Source: Nemertoderma westbladi
Taxonomy: Eukaryota > Animalia > Xenacoelomorpha
Direction: 5' to 3'
Assembly: GCA_032718475.1 (NCBI GenBank)
Contig: JAUCBJ010001825.1
Coordinates: 1-64,000 of the forward strand
DNA length: 64,000 nucleotides
A program made the position numbers and the translations under genes. This document shows, one piece after another, positions 37,483-47,395 of this stretch (its first letter is position 1; each line of letters begins with the position of its first letter). The notes beneath the pieces are model-generated. The model searched no databases, was not told the DNA's origin, and worked only from the letters and a program-made list of their open reading frames with translations.

Positions 37483-38737
37483 GAAATGACATTCAAACCC
37501 ATTGCGACCCCCTGTGTCGTAATCACCATAATCACTAAAATAATTAAATATTTTATAAAAATGTAATTGTTGTTAGTTTGGCTCGTACCAGTAGAGAACA
37601 GACTAAACTCAACCAATTTAAATTAACTTTACCTTCTTAATTAAGGGGGGAACTTAAAAAATCAGACAAGCCCTTACGTTTTACGCAATAACTCGAGTTT
37701 GAGAAAAGATGTGTAAAAAACTGCTTGCAGATATTTATTCCACAGTATTACTGTACAAGAAACTAAGAATTAATCACCAAATTTTGGTTAGTTTAGATTT
37801 CATTTTAGGTACATTTGTAGTGTTACGCCATTTGATAATGTTACCCCAGTGCTGGCCTACCTTTCGCCGCTCTCAGATGACACAATGGTTCTAGGCTGGT
37901 TGTTCGGCTGATATTCCGGTGGTGGCGGTTGGTATGGTGGAGGGGGGTCGAATGGTTCCACTATGATCAAGGAGTCCACAGGAATTGGGGAGGGTTTAGA
38001 GTGCCTGAGTGGTATGTCAATAGGTCCAACCTTCCTTTTTATATTCAAAGCATTCATCTCCAAAGTTATAAGAAGAGCGGATATTTGCTTTAATTTGGGG
38101 CTAGGCAATAAATTGTTATAAATTAACGAATTATTAGTATGAAAATAAGTTATTTATCATTTCTAAACATCGTTTGAATGATAATCCGTGAACATAGATT
38201 AAGAAACACATTTGGTTTTTATGATGAAATTTTATTTTATTACTTATATTTTATGGTTTTTAGAAACTTTACGATACATAATTAGTAATCGACTGCTAAC
38301 ATTGTAAGGTTCTCTGCGACCAGATATAATTTATCCTTCCACTACGAATAACATAAATAATAGAACAAAATTAAAAATATTAAATATAATGTTATTACAT
38401 ATATTGGTGTCAAAAGAAAAGAGGGATTACATATTTTCTACAACACAAGTTTTACTGCGTTAGTTAGACCAAAAGAGTCGCACTTAACTTATATTGTATA
38501 ATCATTGTTTATTCAAATGGAATCCTAGCGAGTGATTTAACAGGTACAAAATGCATTAAATGTAAGTGGAATTTACCCACCTTGCCAACACTGCAGGCGG
38601 TATCATACATTTAATTACATACCCGTACTGTAAACACAGGTCACCACGGCGAGGGGTATAATCACATGTTGAATATATATTAATCCTTAATGTGTTGGCC
38701 TCTATCTCAATAGTATAAATAATAGAAGACAAAATGT

Positions 38738-39302
38738 GGGGCGAGCCACGAAAGTAAGCGAGCTTAGCATACGGGTACCACTAACTCAATAGATGTGTCT
38801 GTCGTTCTGTCGTGTTCAATTTTAAACGGTAATAACTCAGCCAAATGTTAATTAAATTTATCCAAACTTGGTACACATGTAGTCTGTCAAAAGTTTAGAA
38901 ATTTTCCAAGTTGAATTTCCGTGTGGCCTTCGGGAAGCTAAGATAATAGCAGTTAATTAGTTAATTAAGTTGATTGGGTAAAATCAGCATTTTCAACCCG
39001 CCTCTTAAAGGATATTAATTATTTTCTAGAATAAGATTTAAATAATTATACTTAAAAATTATACAACTGTATTCCCCATACCCCATTCCATTATAGTTTT
39101 TAATTATAAATAGTTATACTTAAAAATTATACAACTGTATTCCCCATACCCCATTCCATTATAGTTTTTAATTAGTTCAAGAGATTTGCTTTAAGAAATG
39201 TGTTTTTAATTGATCTAAACGTAATTAACTTATTAAAATGCCCCATCTCCAGCTAGCTCCCTCCTTCGTTGGCATGCTTGCCATAGCAAGCATGCCTAGC
39301 CT
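38738..39302 (+). mobile_element. probable Helitron/Helentron-associated non-autonomous element (DINE-1/HINE-like)
   Basis: TGTCTGTC-type microrepeat near the 5' end, an AAACTTGGTACACA core, an internal ~60-bp direct duplication (about 39047-39174) and a 3' hairpin GGCATGCTTGC-CATA-GCAAGCATGCC (39271-39296). Boundaries approximate. Confidence 0.45.
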
Positions 39303-39557
39303 ACCTTGGAAGGGGAACCAGTCCAACCACACCTCACCTTTACTCAAAGGCAGCATTGTAATGAGCCAGACTAATAAGAAGCTCGGTTATTGTGTTTAGC
39401 TTACAAAATGATTGCCCGAGTACTTAATCATGATTCCATAGAATAATTAGCTAAATAATTTCTTTGAGGCATTGACATGATAAATTAATATTTCAGTATC
39501 AATACTATCAGCATAAGTAAGGTAAATTTTAATATTTCTTACAAAATGAGTGGCCCC

Positions 39558-40124
39558 TGTGACGGGATCCACGGAGGATCCCGGTTTATCCGGTTTTCAA
39601 TCTACGCGTCCCCGCCGTGTGTGAAAGGTAAAAGAGTTTATTGATCGTCGTATATAGTTCTCCGGGTATAATAGTATAAGATGAAATATAAATGACACAG
39701 AATATAGGATATAATGTTGATAGTAAACGGAAGACGGGTGACGGTAATTAAAGTCCCGGTACTTCCCTAGCTAAACTAACCTAACTATGCACTGACTAAA
39801 TGACACACTGACTAGATGATTTGCTGTACTGATAATATATATTGCACGGTTGGCCGTTGTTACATTACTCAGCCGGTGCCTTCCCCCCATTGGCTAATAA
39901 CCCTGTTGTCGCCCTTTGCCTCCCTTGGAGTGTTTCCCCTCACTCCTGTTACTCTCTCTCTCTCTCAGGGGTGTAACCCCTGACCCCTATTGTGTGTGTG
40001 TGTGTGTGCTTTCTCCTTCCCACTTTGTTGGGGTGACACGAGGTTGATTGCTCACCCTCGTGTTCCCCAATATTGCTTAACGGCTCACTTTATGGGGTGG
40101 TTAGCGGAATTGAATACGCTAACA
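39558..40124 (-). repeat. 3' LTR of the BEL/Pao element
   Basis: Direct repeat of 53014-53580, with only about three substitutions seen by eye. AATAAA on the minus strand at 39637-39642. Confidence 0.96.
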
Positions 40125-40133
40125 CTCCCCCCC
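40125..40133 (-). other. polypurine tract (plus-strand primer)
   Basis: Minus strand G-run plus AG immediately before the TGTTAG start of the 3' LTR. Confidence 0.8.
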
Positions 40134-40847
40134 ATGCTATCTTCCCGGTGAGAAGATAGCATCCACCTCTAGTGGGCTACAATTCCGCTGGATCCCGATC
40201 TAGTATCGGGTGTGGGGTGGAACTATTTTCTTTTGGAGCCGGCTTTCCAGGCCGCTCCCTATGGGTATGATAATGCTACCCCGTTTGCCTGGTGTCCCGT
40301 GTCGGGCCGATCGTGCGCTCCTCCCACACGACTTTTGTTTCCCCAACAATTTCGCCACTCCAACTCTACTCTGTTTTCACCCTGACCCTCCTCTACTTTT
40401 CCTCACTTCGGCTCTAACTCTCGGGCTTCCCTGCCCCTCACTCAGCCTCTTATTCCTCCCCCCCCCCACACTTGAATTGCGCTCGCACTCTCTCTATACT
40501 CCGCACTCTCTCCGCACTACAACTCAACCTCTTTCCTGACCACTCACTCCCGACGAGTTTCACCCCCCCCCCCCCTTTTGTGCCGTCGCACTCAAGAAGC
40601 GTGATGTCGTCCAATGTCTCGTCCGTGGTAGTATTATAGTCCATTGGTCCCCAGTCCCAGCAGCTAATTGAGAAAGGTTATATGACTATAGTACTTACTT
40701 CGAATATATATATTTCGTTACTAGATTACTGATTGCTACGTACGTACATACAAATTGCACTTATTCGATTATTTTAGATTACTTGAATTTGTACTTAAGA
40801 GTTAGCACGTCTCACGTGGTGCCTTCCAGGCATGTTACACCGAAGTC

Positions 40848-43426
40848 TTAGTTCGTTACACCAGCCTTTGGGAACCACCTCAAGTCTTTCCCTTTGTCGT
40901 CCTCCTCCCTGGGTCGTTTCCTGGTCACCGCCGCTCCTCTGGTCTTGTCTGCTTTCTGGCTTCGGACTCTCGCCGTCACCTCCTTACTGATCCCGGTCGT
41001 CGACTCCTTGGGTGCCGGTGTTATTAGCTCCCGGTATCGCTTCGCGGGTGGCCCCTCCGAGTGGCCCTGTTGTCTCCCCCTGGTGACGTCCCATAGGATC
41101 ATCTTCATTGCCCGCGGCACATGCTCCGCCAAGAAATCCCTAAACTCTCCTCTACTCCGTGGCGTCCACCTATCCAAATACCTCTGCGTATTTATCACTC
41201 CGGCATATGATGCCGCCGTCGCCACTTCCTGGTAGGTAAACGGAAGCCTCCGTTTGATAATCTCCATGTGAGCTTCCTGATTGATGTTAAAGAAGCCCCA
41301 CCGGAACTCCTGGGCCTTCATGCGTTGCCGAGTCATCGCCCCAACGTTGGCCCACTCCTCGAAGATCCTAAACTTCTCTTCGTCGTCCATCCAGTCGCAC
41401 TGGCGTCCGTAATGTCCCCGAAAGTTACATTTCGAACATCGGTTATGCAACCGTGGACATGCCCCCATCCTGTGGCTCGACTCGCGGCAATAGAGACAAC
41501 TAGTCCCTTTCTGGAACCGGTACAAACAGCTCCTTTCCTGGTGGGTCTGTCTCCCACAGTAGTCGCAGCCGAGTACCAATGTCTCCCACCCCACGTCGTC
41601 TTTCATCCCAAGCGATCTCTGCGGTCTGTGGAGTCGCTGGTAAGCGAACTTCCGGACGTTAGTGTCCCTATCTACGTCGATCTCCTCGCCCCTCTCGGGC
41701 ATCGTCTCCCCGAATACTACCCGTGGTGCTGTCCCCGGTTACTCGCCCAACCTGATAGTGCTCCCCGCGAAATCCATCGCTGGCTCCCCGTGCACCCAGG
41801 CCCGCTTGCCGGGTCTATCCCAGAAGGCCCTCGCCCCACTGGCCGTCACCACCCTCCCGCCAACCCAGTCTGTGTCCGAGTGGCCGATCCTCCCGATGGG
41901 CGGCATCTCTCCGAACTCCTCGTCGTCTTCGTCCTCCTCTGGCAGTGGCTCCAACCCCGGTATCCCGGTGGACCCACTATGTCCCTTCCCGCCTTGGCTC
42001 TCGCCCGTAGCTCTCCATCCCTCTAGCTCCCCTAGCTTCCTTAGCGGCTGGTCGCCCTCGGCGCCAGCTGGTATGGGCGTCGCTTGCAATCCCGACGTCG
42101 ACTGCTTCGGTGATCCCACCGTCCATCCCAGTTCTCGCCCTAGAGATTCCCCCGAACTCCCTGACGAAGTCCAACGAAGTTCGTCTAAGCCCGCCTGTTC
42201 CTCGAAGCCGTAGCTCTGTGCCCTAGCTTCCTCCTCCCTTTCCTCTGCTTCTCTCCTCCCCCGTCTAGCGACTTCTTCCAGTCGCTTCGCCTCTCGTCTA
42301 TCCGTCTCTAGCTGCTCCCATCTCTGATACGGCGTATCTATCTCCCTGTCTACCAGATGTCGGCTGTTGTAGTACACCGACTCGCCCTTCAGCCCTGGGT
42401 GGTCTACCAGACCCACGAAAGCCGTCTTAAAGGCTCTTCTGTAGTATAGGGGTGATCCCGATAATAGGAATGCCGCTGGTTCCCTCTCAATAACCACGGT
42501 CATGAATAGGTTAAGCAAACCTATCATTATCCAGTCCTCCTGCAGGATATATCGCTTCTGATATACCTTTATCGCTCCTCTTCGGAATTGATACACCTCT
42601 TGTTTTCCCGGCCTCGCTCCCCACTTCAGCGAGTTCGCTAATTCTGCTCCGTACTCTTCTCTGAACTTCCCCCAGTCCATTGGTTTGTGACATACGAGCC
42701 CCAATAGCTGGCCCATCGCCACCGCTCCGCAATGGCCTGTGTTCTCGACTAGTCCCAACCCGTCTGGTGCTGTCATAGCCATGAAGACCGTCTGCATATC
42801 CAGATCGGACCGATGATTCTCTCTGCGTCGTCGCGAATCGCCGATCCCACTTTCGTTGTCGACTTCTCTCTCACTAGGACTTGCACCGCCCTCGGCAACC
42901 AGTTTAACTTCGGCCCTTCCTTCTTCCCATACGTTCCCAGGTCAAACAGGAAGATATCCCCATTTGGCGCAGCCAAATGTAGGAGTATGGTTCTGGCCGA
43001 TCCCGCCGATCCTCTCCTTGAACCCTCCTCGTCTTCCACGGTCCCTTCGTCGTCTAGGATCATGTATCCTCCCCTGTTGACGGACTCTATGAACCTCTTC
43101 CAATCTTTCCTCGGTGACTCTCTCGCATACTTCGGAATCCCGAACTTCGCCTCGTCTCCTTTCACCACGTAGTGGAAATGCTCGAAGATCGCGTTGTCCA
43201 GCGACGGCGTACCGTAGGTCCTGACCAGCCGCTGTTCGTGCACCTCCCTGAAGTGGTCCTGTAGCGCTCGTGCTGCGTGACCCTTTTCTAACCACTCGTA
43301 GTATCCCCTCGTCCTCTCTTCCGGATGCCTCTTGGTGAAATCCACCAGTATCTCCTTTCCTCCTAGCTCTGCCTTTCTCTTTCGCACAAGTTTGCTTGCC
43401 ATCTCGAACTCTGCCCGATCGCTCAC
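40848..43426 (-). pseudogene. accessory ORF of the BEL/Pao element: DEDDy 3'-5' exonuclease, charged helix and 3 CCHC zinc knuckles (~860 codons; one frameshift near 42805, one in-frame TAA at 41739-41741)
   Basis: ILDDEG (ExoI DxE), LLHLAAPNGDIFLFDL, LPRAVQVLVREKSTTKVGSAIRDD (ExoII), YQKRYILQED (ExoIII-like); CDYCGRQTHQERSC, CLYCRESSHRMGAC, CSKCNFRGHYGRQC. ORFs 41739..42797 and 40848..41702 share one frame. Confidence 0.75.
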
Positions 43427-43883
43427 CTTTGGGTGGTGTCTTACTAAGGCGCTATCGGATGAGTGATAGGTTTAGATGGTTTATTTCAGTTCGATGGCCT
43501 ATCTCTCTCTGAATTTCTGAGTTATCGCCTATTCTTTGCACTACTTAATTATGAAGCTACTAAATGTACCCTAAATCGCAATTTTGTCCGTTGCTTTAAT
43601 TATATTCCAGAATTTCCTTTTCTACTGTTACCATAATTTGCTAATTTTCAGCCCTATTCTTATTTTATTTTAATTTAATTTTAATTCTACAGTCCTACTA
43701 CTTACTATTGCCTATGGATTATTCTATTTTATAATCCACATTCTGGCCTACTCTGTGGGCTTGTGCAGTACAACAGTATGCGTCGCGTGGCCACACGATT
43801 TATCCAGCTGTACTCACATGCCCCCCTCTCGCTACTCACTACTGACTAATATCTATACTATATATACCCTTCTACCTCTATCT

Positions 43884-44348
43884 CTTACTAACCGGTACTA
43901 CGTACCCTCTAACTCCACTAACTAACGGTACTACGTACCCTCTTACTACTCTAACTCCACTGACTAACGGTACTACGTACCCTCCAACTCCACTAACTAA
44001 CGGTACTACATACCCTCTTACTACTCTAACTCCACTAACTAACGGTACTATGTACCCTCTTACTACTCTAACTCCACTAACTAACGGTACTACGTACCCT
44101 CTTACTACTCTAACTCCACTAACTAACGGTACTACGTACCCTCTTACTAACCTCTAACTCCACTAACTAACTAACGGTACTACGTACCCTCTTACTAACC
44201 TCTAACTCCACTAACTAGCTAATGGTACTACGTACCCTCTTACTAACTCCTCTAACACTCCTAACTAACTAACGGTACTACGTACCCTCTTACTAACTCC
44301 TCTAACACTCCTAACTAACGGTACTACGTACCCTCTTACTACTCTTAC
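43884..44348. repeat. ~30-45-bp degenerate tandem repeat inside the retrotransposon, between pol and the accessory ORF
   Basis: About 11 units containing ACTAACGGTACTACGTACCCTCTTACTA. Confidence 0.88.
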
Positions 44349-44505
44349 TATCTAACTTCTATCTGCCTACTTACTGCGTACCTAGTTATTATTATAAATA
44401 TATTTTTTTTTTAATTTTTTTTTATATGTGGGAAGGGCGTCTCGCCCTCAATCCCACCCCCCTCAGTCCAAAACTTGGACGACTAAACTCCTCTCTTACT
44501 CTACA

Positions 44506-45624
44506 CTAAGGTGCTCCCTCTAGAAGACAGCAATTCCCTACAGCCCTTCTGTAGGTTTTCCTGTCTTTGGCACCTATCTTGCCACCTATCCGCACTTCTA
44601 CCGATCGGACTCTTCCGTCCTCATCGGAGTAAGTGCCTACAACTCTCGCCAACCGCCACTGGTTGTTGATGATGGTATCATCCGTGAGGATCACGAGATC
44701 ACCCTCTTTCAGCTCTCTGTTCGTCTTCCTCCACTTACTTCTTCTGTGAAGCGTGGGTAGGTATTCCTCAACCCATCTCCTCCAATACTCTGCGCTTATC
44801 GCCTTAGCGACTTTCCAACTCTGGCGGGAGTGTATGTCATCTGGGTCTACACCCCGCATATCGATGGTCGCTGGCCTTTCCATTAGGAAATGGCTGGGCG
44901 TCAGCACGTCTAGTGACTCAGGGTCATCATTCTCTGGATATAGTGGTCTGCTATTAATGATACCCTCACACTTTGCAAGTACTGTCCTTAGCACGTCCTC
45001 CGTAACCATATGGGTGTTCATCAACTTCATCATCAGACGCTTCGAACTACCCACTAGTCTCTCGACGCATCCTAGGGTATGCGGTGCATACGGCGTCCTC
45101 CTCTCCCATTTTACTTGTCGTCGCCTCATGGCTGCCCTGACTTCCTCTCCTTCCAGGATATCCAAGGCCTCTGCCATCTCGTTCTCCGCCCCCATAAAGT
45201 TGGTCCCGTTGTCGGAGTATATTACTGCGATCGTCCCACCTTTGCGGTCTCTAAACCTCTCTAAGGCATTAATGAATGCCGATGCGGTTGCATCTTGGGC
45301 GAGTTCTATCCCTACCGCCCGCGTGTTATTACATACGAAGATAATACCGTAGCGTTTCTCCGTGTGCCGCATCACCTTGATCTTTATCGGCCCGAACATG
45401 TCCACACTGCAATGTGTAAATGGTGGGTCGTGCTGTCTTACCCTACTCGCCGGTAGTGGTGCCATCTCCTGTATGGCTCGCTCCTTCTTCGCTCGTCGGC
45501 AGGTCTGGCACTGCCCCACTACCGCCTTTACCTTCTTCCTCAACTGTTTGACCCAAAAGGTCCTCATTATCTCCGTGAGGGTTCGGTTGGTGCCCCTGTG
45601 CAATATCGACTTGTGGAGTCCCAA
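44506..45624 (-). CDS. BEL/Pao integrase (HHCC zinc finger, DDE core, DUF5641-like tail); fragment of a broken pol
   Basis: H-x4-H...CQTC; MAPLPASRV; PFTHCSVDMFGP; IYSDNGTNF; VERLVGS; INSRPL; LTPSHFL; WRRWVEEYLPTL; WRLARV. Confidence 0.95.
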   Translation of the reverse strand: MGLHKSILHRGTNRTLTEIMRTFWVKQLRKKVKAVVGQCQTCRRAKKERAIQEMAPLPASRVRQHDPPFTHCSVDMFGPIKIKVMRHTEKRYGIIFVCNNTRAVGIELAQDATASAFINALERFRDRKGGTIAVIYSDNGTNFMGAENEMAEALDILEGEEVRAAMRRRQVKWERRTPYAPHTLGCVERLVGSSKRLMMKLMNTHMVTEDVLRTVLAKCEGIINSRPLYPENDDPESLDVLTPSHFLMERPATIDMRGVDPDDIHSRQSWKVAKAISAEYWRRWVEEYLPTLHRRSKWRKTNRELKEGDLVILTDDTIINNQWRLARVVGTYSDEDGRVRSVEVRIGGKIGAKDRKTYRRAVGNCCLLEGAP

Positions 45625-45629
45625 ATAAT

Positions 45630-47395
45630 CTAGTGGACTATCGGCGATCCTGTGGGGATGATGATGGGCTTCGGTGGTACGACGATACTGTTGTTGTATC
45701 CCACCCTACAGTTCATTACTAGGATCCCGTCGTCATTAAGTTGTGGTGACAGCGTGATCAGCTCGCTATCCCGCCGGAGATGCTGTTGTTTACCGACGCG
45801 TTCCACCTCGTCGCCATAGTTCTTCCTTTGCTCGTAGCGGATGACTGCTTTGGCCGCTCCTTCCAGATCTATTGTCATTCTAATCTTCACGTCTTTGCCA
45901 ACTCCCCTGAGGAAATTCCCGAAGGCTCTCCAGTACGCCACTAATTTCTTGGTCTTGTACCAACTAGAACTGTAGCTAAGGAGTTTATCCGTCGGGTTAT
46001 CGCACAGTTCTCCTGGTTTTGGTTGCACGCCCCTAATCTCCCTCACCATCTGGGAGTATATCTCTTCTCCCTCTGAATCTCCCTCTTCTCCTTCTGACAC
46101 TACTTCTCCTGAGCCCGGGTCCACCTTTCTCATCGGCGGCCAGGCCTCCTTATCGCTCAGAAACTGTGGCCCGTGTTGCCACAATACTTCCTTCTTCAAG
46201 AAAGTGTGGCGTACTACGCCCCTCGATAACAAGTCCGCTGGGTTCTCGTCCGTTGGGCAGTAGTGCCACCTTTCCAGTTCTGTGGTCGCCCTTATTTCGT
46301 CCACTCTATTCGCGACGAATATAGGGTATCTCGTCCTTTCGTTATGTAGCCAACCAAGCACTACCATGGAATCCATCCAGTAGTGTGTCTCCACTATGTT
46401 GGGAATAGCATCCACTAGGTAGGCTGTAGCCCTAACTCCTAGTCTTGCAGCTGTCAATTCTAGTTTGGGAACTGATGCTGAATCTGGTGGCGTTGACTTC
46501 GCCTTGCTGAAGGCGAGTCTGGGCTTGTGAGCCCCCTCTCGTTGTACTAAATAGAGTGCAGCTCCGTATGCCTCTAACGACGCATCGGAGAACATGTGTA
46601 GGTCCCGACTCGTCATGTCCCCATCCGGGAAATACACTCGTGGCATGCTGTATGTTCCCATCTGCTCCAGGCTCTCTGTCCACTTATACCACTGCTTTCT
46701 AATCTCTTCCGGGACCTCTGCGTCCCACTCATCCTTTAGCTTGTATACTCTCTTGAGTATCTGTTTCCCCATGACTAGTAGTGGGGATGCTAGGCCTAGG
46801 GGATCGTATATCCTTGCTATGTACGACACATAGCCCCTCTTTGTGTGGATATCTGTGCCCTCCTGACTCAACTGGTACTTCAGTTCATCCATCTCTCTGT
46901 TCCACACGATTCCCAGTGCCTTCTGTTGAGACTCTATTCTCATGTTCGCCATGTCCTGCCCCTTGGCTGTTGTGGGATTATCCATGGTCGATCCTGGTCT
47001 CTCATCTTTTATCGCCTCGATAAATTCCTTCAAACTGGATTGGAATTTGGTTAGGTTGAAGCCGGATCCTTTAAGGATGTCGCTAACCTCGCGCCCTGTG
47101 TCCAGTAGCTCCTTAACCGTATTTCCAGACTCCATCCCGTCGTCTACGTAGAAGCTGCGTCGAATCATATCGACGGCTCTAATACTGTATTTATCTTCCT
47201 TTCCCTTTACTGTGTCTCTTACGGCCATAGTCGTCGTGAATGAAGACGACTTGGCTCCCATATTCTGTACTATCATCTTGTACATCGGTATTGTCGACGG
47301 TTCCACGTCACCATTGTACCACAAGAAGCGTTGACTGTCGCTATCCTCTTCCGTCACACGGACTTGGTTGAACATGCCTTCTATGTCACAGGTAA
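45630..47395 (-). CDS. BEL/Pao reverse transcriptase and RNase H; fragment of a broken pol
   Basis: CDIEGMFNQV, SFYVDDG, KALGIVW, IYDPLG, LHMFSDAS..AYGA, VPKLEL, YWMDS, FVANRV, NPADLLSRG. Confidence 0.95.

Noticed and set aside
37857-38108. 83-aa Pro-rich minus-strand ORF
   Set aside because: Non-ATG start, no recognisable domain and no convincing splice context. It could be an exon fragment, but I cannot support it.
40848-43426. Envelope glycoprotein interpretation of the extra ORF
   Set aside because: No signal peptide, fusion peptide or C-terminal transmembrane anchor; the motifs fit an exonuclease plus zinc knuckles.
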